Shown here: in pieces, positions 36,617 through 50,200 of the stretch | Position numbering within the stretch: position 1 is the stretch's first letter | Layout of the letters: every line of letters starts with the position of its first letter | From: Anthoceros angustus | Lineage: Eukaryota > Plantae > Anthocerotophyta | NCBI GenBank assembly: GCA_010909165.1 | Contig: MU008197.1 | Coordinates: forward strand, 486,602 to 550,601 | Length of the DNA: 64,000 nucleotides | Direction of reading: 5' to 3' | Translations under genes and position numbers: made by a program | Notes under the pieces: model-generated | Told to the model about the DNA's origin: nothing | The model's database searches: none | The model's input: the letters and a program-made list of their open reading frames with translations, nothing else

Positions 36617-39600
36617 CCCTCCCTTAAGCGAAACGCGCTTAGGAAGCACGGGGCAGCAGTCGAAATAATGTGCGGGACCAGAGGATGACGCGAGGAGAAG
36701 GCGGTCACGCGGAGCGTAGGCGGTTACGCCAGATTCGAGCGTGGTCGTGAAGATGGCGACTATAACCGACCATCGACATTTGCGCCTCCTCAGCAAAGAC
36801 TTACCGCAAATTGCGAGGGTGATTCTGTGGTGTACCATGCCATCAAGCCGAGCGAGGCGAGCTAGAGGCGGCAGCAGAGCTAGGGGAGGGCGCCCGCCAC
36901 CAACCGCGAGGAAGAGTGGGATGAACAGATATCGTGGGTTCCACTCGAATGGCGGAAAGTACTTCTTGAACATCACACTTTGGGTGAAGCCTCAAGGAGG
37001 AGGAGATGCCTCCGGATACGGATCTGGCGAGGAGAGCTGCTAAGGCCCTCGAGAAGCCGAGCTCCTCTTAGAGAAGCTAAAGAAGTTGCGGGAGGAAGAA
37101 GGAGAGCCAACAACTCGGTGATTAGGTAAGCGCCGAGCTTCATCCACCGATTGTAGCAGTGGTTGTGTACTTGGTCATAACCCTCCTGCCGATGTGCGCA
37201 GGGGCTCAAGAAGGAGGGTCAAGGGCATCTTGATAAAACCAAACAACACAAATGGGACTCGAGCCTCACCCGTAAGTTCTTCCCTCGCCGCCCTTCACAT
37301 CTGCTTAAAATAGTCTTGTTAATTCATGGCCCAAGCCTTGCATATGTTTCGGCGTCTTTAGCCAAAGCCTTAGGGATGTCTCGCCAGATTGGTCTCCGTA
37401 GAACATAGAGAACTCGATTAATCCTCTCGCAGTCTTCTAACATAATGGTGGTGGACCTCGTGTTTGGTCCGAGCATGAAAGCGAGGTTGGCTAAGATGGC
37501 GATGCATCGGTTATCACAAAAAGGTTAGTTGGTCCTGTCTGGTCCTAGGTCATGTAAGAATGACCGCTCCCATTCCACTTCTTTAGTTGCACTAAGTATG
37601 ACTTATATTCACGGTTGATAGGGAATCGTCTGCTTTACCCGCTATAAAGCCGAGCAAGAAGGAAAACATAGGTGGACAAGCTTTTCCGAGAATCACCGCT
37701 TGGAGGCCCTGCCGCAGAAACCCTTCAAGTGTAAGGTGAGACCGCCTCCTAATTGCTTATAGCATAGGCCGATGTGATGGGAACCTTTAAGGTAGCGGAA
37801 TATCCTTTTAACAATGTCCAAAGCACGTACTGTGGTTGTCCAAGAATTGTGATACCGTGATCGACTGGAATGTTGGATGTCGTCGAGTCGATTACTCACA
37901 AAATCGACTCTACCATGGTATGGGACATCTTGCATTTCTTGGCCATCATCATCGCATTGGCATTCAGACTGTAAGTTTTGCTCCTACGCCCCGGTGTAGA
38001 GGGATGGGCTTGTCCTATATTGAATTTGCAAGATTCCGCTATGTATTTGTGTGTTGGTGTATAATGAGAAGCCCTTCCGTAACCGCAACACTTGAATACT
38101 AAGGCGTAAGAGAAGATCCCCACCGCACCATCTCGAAGGTCTTGTAACATGTTTTCACTTTGACAGATTGCGCGGCAAGGATAACATCGTCCACATAAAG
38201 GGCTAGAATGACATAAGTCGAACCATCACGGAAGACATATACATTGAGTCGCCTTTGCACCGCTGGAAACCCAAGGATTTCGTGGTCAGACGCATCGCTT
38301 GTACCAGGCTCAGCACTTTGTTTAAGTCCGTATAAGCATTTAATAAGTAAGACGTGGTTGGGATGTGCAGTGGTCGTGGCCTTGGCCGTTCCATATAGAG
38401 TTCCTCCTCGAGAATCCCATGAAGAAGGCGACACACATCCATCTCACAGCTCTGTGTCATACTGGGCAAGAATCATCCGAATGGATTGAGCACGCATAAC
38501 CGGAGAAAATGTCTCTGGTAGTCTGTGCCCGCAACTTGGGTAAAACCCGAGCACAAAGTCGGCTTTGTATCGTATTATATGGCCTTCGCATTGCTTGTGC
38601 TTAAATACCCATTTACAAGTGATGGCCTTCGTTTGTAGGTCCGCACCAATCGCCAAGTACCGTTCTTGATCAAGCTATTGTACTGGCCATCCACAAAGAA
38701 ACTTCCATTTGTCTTTGTCTAAGCAAAGGCGGCCTCAATGAGTGTCGAGGGCCTGGAGGAACAAGCGGTGGAAAGGAAGCCGAAGCGGTAAAATCTATGC
38801 CGTGTACTTGAGGTTCCTTCCATTCAAGGTGGAGGTGCGTGTCGAGTGGAACGACGAGGGCCAGCATCCTCATATGGAGGATTGACGGAACGACATGTCC
38901 ATCATCGGGAGCAGTGGATCGATCGGATCTTGGTAATTCACTTCTCGTGCATTAGGAATGTCATTGTCAAACATGCCATTTAACCCTAAATCCGGGTGGT
39001 CTAAGATGGTTCTTCAACTGCAGGTGCTTGTTGTTCAACCTCCGACAGGCATCATGTAGGGGACTGCATCTATGAGGTCGTCATTAGCATCAAGGTTCAC
39101 CGCTATGAATGGGAGCCGTACCATCAACATCTAGAGGATAAAGTGAAAGAAGACTGTCCCTCTTGAACATTAGTGGAGTCTTCAAGATTCCGCTGTTCAA
39201 AAACATCACGTGGGGCATTGAGAGGGGCAGCTGCAAGGATTCCGAAAGTGACACTCCTTGCAAGGATAGGTTGCAGAAGTTAGGTCAACCGCTTTGTAGG
39301 CTTTGACGTTTACCAGGCCAACAAACACAGCCGCTTTTGGTTGTCTAACTTTCTGCGTCAAGGTACATATGCATAACCTATAGAGCCGAAAATCCTTAGA
39401 TGAAGAAGGGCTTACGCCTTAAAAGCTCAAATGGCGTTGTAGCAAGAAGGAGCTAGTAGGCAGCCTATTTAGAATATATGTGGAGGTCACAAATTTCTAC
39501 CAATAAGGTGATGGTAGGCCCACCACAACAACATGGTCCTTATCATACCCATCAAAGTCTGGTTCTTGTCGGCGACACCATTCCGTCACCGGGTATAAGG

Positions 39601-42600
39601 TACCATTGATGAATTATTCCTTGTTCAAAAGAGATTTATAAAGGTGATTATTAACAAACTCTGTCCCATTATCGATCGAAGATCTTGAGCAAACAGTTTA
39701 CGCTGACTGTGAAGCCAATCTTGAAACAAGGGAAAGTTTCATTTTTCCTCTTCATTGGGAACGCCCATGTGAATCGCTATAATCACGGTGATTGTGAAGT
39801 AGTAATTTGCCCCCAAGTGAGGAAACTAAGGCGGCCCGATATATCAAGATGGACCAACTCCGTGAGTTCGAGGATCTATGTCTTTGGGCGAAAGGGTAAC
39901 TCCTTCTGCTTTTGCAAGAGCACAAGTCTCACAAAGAGGGAGTTCTTTGAAGCAGTTGGGTAAGGGCTCACGATAATAATCAGCCTTGTGAAGAGAAGCC
40001 AAAGTGCTTGCTGACATGGCCGAGTGCATGCCAAAGGATGCATCGTCTGAGCGTCAGTTACCCACACTTGTTGAATAGGTCCGATGCCCGCTGGTGTGGA
40101 AGATGATGAATCTAAACGATAGAGATCATGTTCGGGAAGGCTGTAAAACACGTATGGATGGAGACCCAACCCTAGAGAAACAGAGGATCCTCTTGAGCGT
40201 AAAGGCGCTGAGTTTTAGCAACTCTTGAGTGATAGCGATTCTTGGCCATTCTAGGGACATACAGGACGTCTGTTAAGGTTAGAATGGAACCATCACTAAG
40301 CCTAAAATTGCAGGAGCCATGTCCTAGTATTTGTAGACTAGTTATGTTTACATTCATCACCTAAAACACCCTATCTATGCTAGACGAGGGTTATGATGTG
40401 GATTCATCTCGACGTGGGTCAGAGCCCCGTAATCCGTACCAAGTCGCTTTGTCACGGTGAGGGTAGATAAGCAAACCGTGAGGATCTTGACCATCGGGCT
40501 TGCTTGATTCCGCAGATTTGTCTCTCAGACAAAGACTAGCGAAGGACGAGAAGGCTTGCGGGCTCTCCACCTTCTTTTTCTCGTGCATTCATTAGCCCAA
40601 TGACCAGAATACCACACCAGCCATAGCTACTGGCGCTTTGGATGAAGGTCCCGCCATGGCCGGCCTTCATGGCGGGAACTCGTGTTGAGGTCAGATCCAT
40701 TTTGTTTTATATGCCCTCGTCACGGAAAAGTTTTAGCACTGCCGCCTTTGGGTTTTCTGCACTCGACAAGAGCCTACTTTGCTCTTCCTGGAAGAGGGCC
40801 CCTATCACCTCATCTAAGGTGAGAGTAATGGCACGCCCAGCAACGCCGGCAGCTTTGGCCTGTCTGATGGGAACGTAAAGTCGCGGCCTCGTCTGGGGCC
40901 TCGACGCGCTCGTTTGATTTTTTTCCGGGGGGAACGGGGTGGAATTCTAGAGAGAGAATTGACCTATTGTCATTTTTTTTACTGAATACAGTAAAATTCA
41001 TTACAAGAGAGTAGAAAACAATGCCATGGAGGGTGAAAATAATCCACCATCTATGTTGAAACCATAGCGAAGGTAGAAAACGTGAACAACAGTACATCTA
41101 GATAGAAATCCCACCAAAATCAAGTAACCTGGCAAGAAACTGATTGCCAAACTTAAACTTATCACAGTAACATTATCCGAAGACGACTTCAAAGACAGAC
41201 TGACCTGCAAAGACTAAACCCGGCCTAAACTTGTCCAACAATGTGCCAAGTGGATTAGAGAAGAAAACAACCTTGCAAGTAAATCATCTTTACAGCTCTT
41301 GAGAAAAAACTTATAGTGTAACTCAATGAGGACCACGCAATAGAAGTTAAGAGGAGTCTGCCACTCAAACGTAGGGGATAACTTACATAAACTACCCGTG
41401 GTAGAACCAAGGATGGCGTAAGGTGTCTGTAACAACAGCAATACGGAACTTACTCAGTAGTAGTGTTAAGAGGCCACAAACACCAAAAACATCTAAACCA
41501 AGACATATGGGCACAATAGGTGGTCAAGAAAGATGTTTTTCTAAACGACCTAGTTTAATTGAAATGACAAACGTAACTAAACTTATCTACATGAACACAA
41601 ATACGTTCCATGCACTGCCTTACTGCTCTAAGGGTTGACATGCACTAGTGTTTAAAAACAAATGCAAGAATACGAAAAATGAACCTGTACACAAGATATA
41701 CAAAAACAAACAGAAAGAAATAGAAAACGGACTAAACAACAAATAAAGAAACATCTAATAGCACCACTCCACCACAAACACGACAAGCTAAACTAAAGGA
41801 TGACAAACATCAGCACAGAGACAGTTAGAGTAGGAGGGCAAGGAAACAAAAATACTACATCCAAAGAACTAAGAAAGACATACACCTTTATGCTCTTGTC
41901 AACAACTTGAAGAACACCACACCGCTACCACGCAGTGTTAAACCCCAACGCTCAACGTGACATAAATGAAAACTCAACCACGACCGTCGAAAGTGTATCA
42001 AGTGTCGATCGCAAGTGTCGATCACAAGCCAAAGTGTATCGAATGAGCGCCAAAATGACAACAGCTTGAAAATAGCAAGAAAGCAACCAAAGAAGCAACA
42101 ATACCAAGAACCATGAACCGCAATAAACGTATACATAGGAAGCCACAAAGAACGCACATGCCTCACACACGAGCGAGCGAACTGAAAAGAAGCGGGCGCA
42201 CCAAATGGAAACCCCACACATCACAAAGACGCATCTTGTCAAGAAGAGGGTTTTATAGCCTCGTAAACCTAATTTCTCCCTCTTGCCGCTTAAAGACCTC
42301 TCTCTACGACGATTTGAATTTTCCAAACCTAGAGTCCAAGCTAATTTCAACCTACCTAGCAACATCATTGGTTTTCACACCGCCTTGTTCGCCAAACCTA
42401 GTTATAATTCACCCAACCTAAAATCCGAACCGGACATGGAGCGTAGGTCTTGCCTCACGCGAATCGTAACTTGACAATGTTAATCTAGAAGCGGACTCGG
42501 AATCGCCCGCCACGACGCAAGAAGGTTGTCCGCCCCGAGGCGGAAGCAGTCGGCCGCAGTGATGGGGGCCGCTGGGCTGGCGGTCGGGCCGAGCCGCGGC

Positions 42601-43130
42601 TATGGTTGCCACGCTTCTTCACTTCTTCATCTGAGGAGGAAGCCGGATGCGCGAAGGACCGATCACCTTCAACAAGGTAGTCTCGCCAAGGTGTTGGCCT
42701 CACGCAGGCCCGATGCCCGAAGGCGTGGAGCTACTCGGCCATGGCGGGCGGCGGTGTTCAAGGCGGTCCCCAGGCGACCTCCCTGGCCATCAAGCCGGTG
42801 GCGGGTCGTAGTCCGCTCATGGACACGCACGGCGCCGGGTCATGTGGCCGCCCGCCGGGCCGCGCTGGGGCGGAGGCAATCCACCCGAGCTCGACTCGGC
42901 GCGATCCGACACCGAACCCGGTAAGGTTGGCGTATGTCGCAAGCCGAGGACCATCCACCGGAGTACGAGTTCATGGAGAATGGGAGTAGCAAGGCGGGCG
43001 GCGGGAGCCGTGATGGTGGCTTTCCTAGTCTTGCGTTTTGGAGGTCGCCCACAAAGCTTTTGCTGAGCGTAAGCTCTCGTTCTTCTTGTATGTTGTGAAC
43101 TACGATAATATATTGTTGTTTGGAAGCCGA

Positions 43131-43350
43131 AAACCACGAGCCGCAAGCGGGAAGCCGAGAGTCTTGAGCTAAGGATATGTGAGCCGCGAGCCGAGAGCTG
43201 ATAGCCAAGAGCCACGAGCCGGAGGCGAGGCCGCTTGAAGGTCGACCCGGGAAACGGGAGAGGCGAGCCAAAGACGCGAGCAGGGAGCCGCCAGCTGGGA
43301 GACGCGATCCAGGAGCCTACCCGGGGGTTGGGAGCCGGTAGACGGGAACC
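43131..43350. repeat. Degenerate GAGCC(G)-motif short-period repeat tract
   Basis: Numerous GAGCCG/GAGCCA/GAGCT motifs, often spaced about 7 bp apart. Confidence 0.65.
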
Positions 43351-46158
43351 GCGATCCGGGAGTGGAGACCTAGTTGAGCGGAGTCGACACAGGTGCCGTG
43401 AGTTTTTCTAGTTGTAGGTTGTCTTTTCACCGGCTTTGCGATTGTTGATGCCCACCGACAAGGTGATCACCGATTAGTGTTGATGCATATGTCAAATGCA
43501 ACACGCCATGTACCTCGTAACTCAATAACTATGTTTTTGACACCTGGCCATTATTGCGGGGTAATTAGTGCTTGGAAACAAGACACTTTCAAAAGTGTGC
43601 GCACCGAAAAGTGATCGGATGAGCTCAACAAGCATCACTTTGTCACACCACTTGTCACAACCTATCGATGTCCTTTTTCCAATGAGCTTGGGCCGGGCAT
43701 CTAAACCATAGACCCGACGTGTCGCGGAGAAACGAGCGGGGTAAAGGTTGTAAAGTCATTGAACCATGAAATCGGTACAATGTTGTTCCTCTCGCCATGT
43801 GGGTTGACCCTATGCTCGATGCTGTGTTTGTGAGTTTGCGACTTTACGTCCATATTTTTGAAAGCTAGGAGTCGACGGGAGCGGAGACAATAATTAGGAG
43901 CCGGTACTGCTTTAGAGTTTATGCACGATACTTTCACAAAGTTTTGTCAAGGTTGGCAACCTCGGCCCGACAAGGCTGATCACTGATCGCCTATATACCA
44001 CTAATAGCCTAATAAGCTGTCGTGTTGTCTGCTGAAATTTTTTATGCTCGATCACGGGTTATTGATCAACACGACTGCTTTCGACACCAATCATAAGATA
44101 TGCAGGCTTGGAAACAATAAACGGCCACCACGAGCACGAGCTTAAGGCCATACAATTAAGGTTTGTATTGCATTTGAGTGCAAACAAAATTTAGAAAAGC
44201 TCTTAAATTACCATAATCCCGCCACGCAGTTGTCGCCATCCTGTGAATAGCGAAGAAGTATGTGGCTTTGGATGCCGTGTCTCGATACAAGAATCTGGCT
44301 AGATCTCTTGTTAAGGTAAAAGTCCTAAGTAAAAAGACGACATATTTTCTATCCTAGCAAGAGAAAAAGAACTATAAGGGTGCACCGGCAACAACTCTTT
44401 ATCGACGACTGCACTCGCCTCCGCCTCGCAGCTAAAATTGAGCCGCTGCCCCCCCTGCACCGCCTCACGCCAGGAACCCTGACGACCAAGCACGGCCCAG
44501 AACGGTTCTCGCCTACGGCCGACTGCCGCCGTGACGCCTCCGCTGCCCCGCCTAATACATTATGTGTGTTACAAAGATTGGTAAATCGGGTGGCATTCGT
44601 GAGCTTTATCACCGTCACCTCATCCATGACAAGCATCAAGTGAGGTAAGTTGGGCTCGAGATGTCCGAGCTTGCGGTGTGAGCAAGCACTTTGTCTCCTT
44701 CGCATTTTTAGTCCATAAAATTCCATGCGCAGAGCATGCAGTGTAAGGACGTTATTGATTTTGTCGGGCCTCAAGCCGTGACTCAGATTACTGGCCTTGG
44801 TGAGGAACTCAATTTGTGGTATGAGATCCTCACCAAGCCGAGACAAGGAGGGCTATGGCAATGCCGCTTGCATGAGCCCATTTGTCTCTTTCCCCTTCCA
44901 GCAGTGACGGTGGCGAATAGATCCATCAACTATGCCCCATACTCCTCTAGCTAGAAGTGTAGACTTCATCCTAACTCGCCACACCTCATAACGCCGATCT
45001 GAAACCCGTCCTTCTCTTTGAGCTCGGAAGGAAGAGGGTTGTAGGATCCAGATGTGGTGTAGGTGGGAGGGGAAGAGGAGGGACCGACATAGGCATAGGT
45101 GGGCTAATCGGGTCCGCTTGTCTAAGGGTATGGTAATAAAGGAAACATGAGAGGATGAAGGGCTTTGAAGGAGATCACGAAAAGACATGTCGACTTCAAA
45201 CGCTACTCTAAACATGACCGAAACCCTAACTTCAATGTGCCCTTTCACGTGAACTAAAACCCAATCCCCGAACCGAATGTTTAGGAACAGGAAGGTTGGG
45301 AGGAATGTTTCAACAGTCAGCATAAGAGAAATTGTCGATCTCGTTGGATCACGAGATCGGTTTGCCTCAATTCTCGGAAGAGAAGATCCAGCGCCCATTT
45401 GTTTCGCAGAAGTGAATCAAGTCTCGTGATCACCGAATTTCGCACCATAGAATGGTAACCTTGTCCGGCAAGAACTCGAGTGTATTTCAAGATTGTTGAT
45501 GCGCCAAATAAGATATCTCGTGAGCAACAATTTCGTAAATGGAAGACTCAATATCCAATTTGTGTAGCCGGTCCAAGACTATCTTCGCGGCCGAGGTTCA
45601 ATCAAATTGGCTTGACAACTGCTCGGTCCGAGGTGTGAAGTACAGATTTACGACGACCGCTCGTGAAGGCATTTTGCAGATTAGTAATTTAGAAAATAGG
45701 TTCATAATTTTCCAAAGTTCGATAATTTTGTATATTGAAAAATTGTGTGTGAGGGGTGGTGGAGCTTGAGACTTCCACAATTATTCGAACACTGTGACTT
45801 TGTCAAGTCCCCTCATACTCTTCCCCCGACATCAATTTGATTCTAATAAAATTATATTTTGCAATTCCTTATGCGATCACGCAGAATCCCTCGCGCGATT
45901 GCACAATGGAATTTGAATTTTATAGGATCGATGGTTGAAAACGACGATCCGCATCTCGAGATTCAACCTCTATGACACACAATGGATTGTCTCATCATAG
46001 CTACCATTAAACGCAAGATTATACCAATCCATCAATAAAAAGCATTGATAGCCTCAATCCAAGAAAACGTGGCAAGAAACACGCCTGTGGATGAAGGTAT
46101 CTGATGAGGATCTAGTCATCATCCTTGCATGGTCGCCAAGAGCAGAGGCTCGATACCA

Positions 46159-46366
46159 TGATCGGAATGAATCATGGTCGATTGACAAGGATTGAGAACA
46201 AGAAAGTGTATCTTATTAAGAATGCAATAATACAATGAATAATAATAATCACAGTAGGCTATCTACTAAGCATAGGTGACTCTTCAATAAGTAACCATCA
46301 AGTAAATAACCTAAATATAAATAACCTAATGGTAAACCCTAAGCGGTAAGATTAAATACTCTAACA
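46159..46366 (-). repeat. 5' LTR of Copia 2 followed by a tRNA-iMet-type PBS
   Basis: Matches 36410-36616. GCTCGATACCA immediately precedes it on the plus strand. Confidence 0.93.
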
Positions 46367-46846
46367 GCAGTGTGATCAAAACATGGTTCGTGTTCGGAAG
46401 ACAGAATGCGTAGATTCGGAGGAAGGCAAGCTCATAGGCCATGTGGCCAATTCAACTGAGGATACGTAAGACCAACAAAACCAGGGAAATCTTACAAATC
46501 CTGTGAAGGGATAAATTCTAGAAGACATAGGTACCAACGCAAATTCTTGAGGACGGCGATGATTGCGATTGGCTTGGCGGTTGGGTTCCATGGGGAAACT
46601 AACGAGCCACTGCGAATTTGGACACGTTGGGGTGAGAAAATCGACAAGCAAAGCAGGACACAAGCAGAAGGCAAGAAGGAAAGCAACGCTAGGGTGAAAA
46701 CCTTTGTTGAACAAGAATGGAGTAACTCGGGTTGAGGCGTTAGGGCATTGTTGTAGGCAAACCCAACGAGGTGGAGAAGTCCACCACCGAGTTTGGTGCA
46801 CACTGCATGATAAGCACGGAGTATATCCTAAAACTTGATTAGCTCA
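46367..46846 (-). mobile_element. Copy B of the F-box-carrying unit, right part (integrase remnant), truncated
   Basis: Resumes at TGTGATCAAAACATGGTTC and is colinear with ~32689-33155 (NASTRVTPFLFNKGFHP). Confidence 0.88.
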
Positions 46847-47299
46847 TCGTAGGAACCTCAGGGTTGATATGGATTAGACCCCGGTCTAATCCATATCCAA
46901 CCAAAGGAAGTTGCCCTTCCTCCCGACCACCAAAGCTCCCGTGCCTCGCATCCGGCTCATCATCGGGCACATCCCAGCCTCGCATGCGCCGCCATAAGCA
47001 CCATGGTCTTCTACCGGCCGCTTTGCCTCCTGCCCTCCCCCGTGCCCATCCAATTGTCAACCACGGTGGTCCCTTTGCCGCCTGGCTTAGCCGGGCGCCC
47101 GCCTCGGGCGGCCTGCCTGCTTTCTCCTCTCCTCCCGGATGTCCAAAGACTTCGCTTGTTTGCTCGATGCCGCGCCAGAGTGACCTCATTCTCCGCCATG
47201 CCGAAAGCACCATAGCCATGTGGAGGTCATCCTCATCAACCTCGCAACCCAAGGAATCCATGGAACGCCGACCCTTCCTTCAATTACGTAATGACTAAA

Positions 47300-50200
47300 C
47301 ACTGTGGGTATATGGCCTTGGAGCGTATGTGCTAGGTGGCTATATGGCGGTCGATGGCATTGCCTAACGCCCGCCACTTGTCGACCAAACCGGTACATCG
47401 CAATGACGTGCATGTTGTTTTAATCGGTCCACCGCCACCTCTAGTACTATATACTAATTGCGCCCGACAAGCGAATGCAGACGCCAAGAACTTGAACCCG
47501 CGAAACGCTTCTTGCTCCACCTCATTTTGGGGTGACCAGCGCAGATCGGCACAGCTCGCCCACTTCCATCCCCGCTTGCACTTGCCACACAAGCGCTCCC
47601 TACACGCCAATCGCGCGATGGTTCAATGTCCGCATGACGCAATCCATGCAACCTCCAAGCGCCGAACCGCACAAAAACTCTTGCACATCACCGATGCCAT
47701 CATCGTTGTCCACTGCTACCAGACTGGGCCATCCGCGATGAAGGATTCGAGAAGATTGTACCTCCCTGCCTCGCATTCGGGCGTGGCCTTTTACCCGTTG
47801 TGCCATCATTCGAGAGGGCGACGCCACCCGTGAAAACTCACCGACTGATTTCGGCCCTACCCGCCTGCTTACGCCCATGGGCTACGGAAGCCTCGAACCT
47901 TACGCCTACTTCCGCAAAGGTCCTTGAGGTGGGATTGATGGCACAAGAAAAGTGTAAGGACCACCCATTGGGATCATAAAACCGAGGTGTCCTTGGGCTA
48001 TGGTGAACTCCTCCATCGTATTCGAATCGGGTTTAACAAGTGGAAGTAAATCATGGCATCCATCGGGCTTAGGGTTGAGAAACATATATCCCTACGCTGA
48101 TTGGACATTTGAAGTACAAGCATATTACAAACAGATGACCGGTTTTGTCCTTGGGGTTTGAGGGTCAAAATTGGTCATATTAAATTCACCAAATTCAATT
48201 TTAAGTATGCACTGCTTTGGCACGACGTTATCGAGAATTTCCATGCTTGTGCTGCATCGTAGCCGCCAGCCACATCTCGACATGTCTACTCCACCCCGGA
48301 GAATAGATGCATCGTGGTCAATGAACCATCGGTGGCGCTCTTTAGTGCCGGGCCCCACTTTGAACGCCCACCGCCTCCGCACGGACGTTCCCGAGAAATT
48401 GTACATATCACGAGACTTATGAGGTGGCATCTCGTGTCATTATTTTCACCCCCCACCCCCATATGGACAGGGTCCGCCGATCCTCGTAGGTATGGTTGTC
48501 GTGCTTTGACCATGTCGCTCACGACCACTTGTGCATTTAGTTTGCAATATCCGCGCATCAACGCCATTCCGCTTATTTCCGATGGAGGAGGCTCCCCTTT
48601 GGGAGCCGTGGAGGCGGTTTTTTTTTCGAGATCGCACCGCTACCGGCTAGCAATCACCGACATTGCATCTCCCGCCATCGAGGAAGACCTCCAAAGTTCT
48701 CGCCTTGGGATGTGGCAACGCCCGACGACTTCCGCTATCGACGGTGATGAAGCAACGCCATGGAATATGGAGGAGGCGCCATGATATGGGCCCGCGCTAT
48801 GCTTGTTGCGATTGTCTTTTCTCCGGCGCCTTGGGGTCCCGAGACATTATGCCACGACATGAGCATTTGCCCACGACCGCGATTGAGCTCGACTCTTTAA
48901 CATCGCATCCGCACATGATATGTGATTATCTACTTTCACCGTCCGCTAGACAACAGCCCGCCAAGTGTGCACTTTGTTTCACGCCGGCAAGGAGGCCACG
49001 GTGGATCGGAGTGCCACCCGTGATCTGGGGAGTTGTTAGGTTTGGATAGCACTCCATGGAGCTTACCTTCCAATTCCTTTCGTGGTCCGCTTTTGGGCAA
49101 AGGTACATGAGGACCCGATATTGGTCGTTCTTAAATGTGAGGGATTCCAATTGTCGTGTTCCAAGACATCACCGAAGGTCAAGTGTCCCATAGCCCGAAT
49201 AGGCGACAAATCATCCAAGCCTCCACCGGCATGACGCGTGTGCAAATACTTGTTGTAGATGTCGAGGAAATGTGTATGGGCCTGCTTTTGTGATCCCGCA
49301 TACTGCAGCCCCGTGTCAACGCTCCAAAACCCATCAAGTCCCTAACCATGGACGGGTTCTCTTGCAATGTCACACTCATACCAAAGGCACATTCAAGACG
49401 ATTGTGGTGACGCCGCCTCCTTCGCACTCAACTTCTAGAATCGTGAATGCGCCCAAAGAATTCTCTTCTCATCCCGGCTGGCTCCTACCATGTCGAAACA
49501 CCCATACACCCACTTGTGTTGCCGGCGGAGAGAATCGCTGCAATTGTCCGGAAATGATAGCCCCGTGCGGAGGTCGCGATAGGATGTGACTTGCGGCGAG
49601 GGCCAATGGTTAGTGCATTGGCTCGGTCGGGCTTCCCGCCCATGCATCATCCGCCAACCGACCCCGCATCCATTGCTTGAAATCCATTCCAACATCCCCA
49701 TGAGCATCGAATTCCGCCTCCGCCGGTTTCGTGAGTGAGCAGTACCAATGTAGACGACTCCGCCGGGCGCAGGTCAATTGTTGTTCCCGCCCGATGGTGC
49801 TCTCCTCGCTGGACGGCCGCATTGGTATCCCATACATGATGGCAATTGTGTGCAACCCGCCATGAACTCCGCGCGGCGCATCGCCCATAGAGATGTACCG
49901 TGGCTATGTTGCCTCCGGACGGGCACGCTCATGGTTTTTGAGGACAAGCATGTAGCGCCCCATGGGGTACATCCATCGACTTGAACTCGCCCATGAGTTT
50001 CAACCTCAAGGTGTGGATGATGAGGTGTCGCATCGAATTCCGTAATGTGGTTGGCATGTGTTTTCCAATTCCACCATGATGTCGATAAGCTCGCCTTCTC
50101 GTGTAGCATGGATATATCGATCTCTTTGGTACACATCCAACGGTACACTCCGGCGAGGCGGCGAAAGCCAAATACGGCCGCCTTCTAGCCGCCTCGCAAC

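Larger units (their letters stand above)
36410..46366 (-). mobile_element. Ty1/Copia LTR retrotransposon 2, both LTRs present, coding region degenerate
   Basis: Direct LTRs 36410-36616 and 46159-46366 (TG...CA). PBS TGGTATC-GAGC at 46158-46148 and PPT AAGGGAGGG at 36625-36617. Gag YEVWRVRMKSTLLARGVWGIVDGS (~44990-44920), CETCALAK (~39920), RT KWVFKHK, LYGLKQS and LALYVDD (38660-38180), RNase H to ~37350. Flanks TCAGG/GCAGT are an imperfect TSD when compared with the empty site in copy A (GGTCAGGTGTGATCAAAAC at ~32682). Confidence 0.95.
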
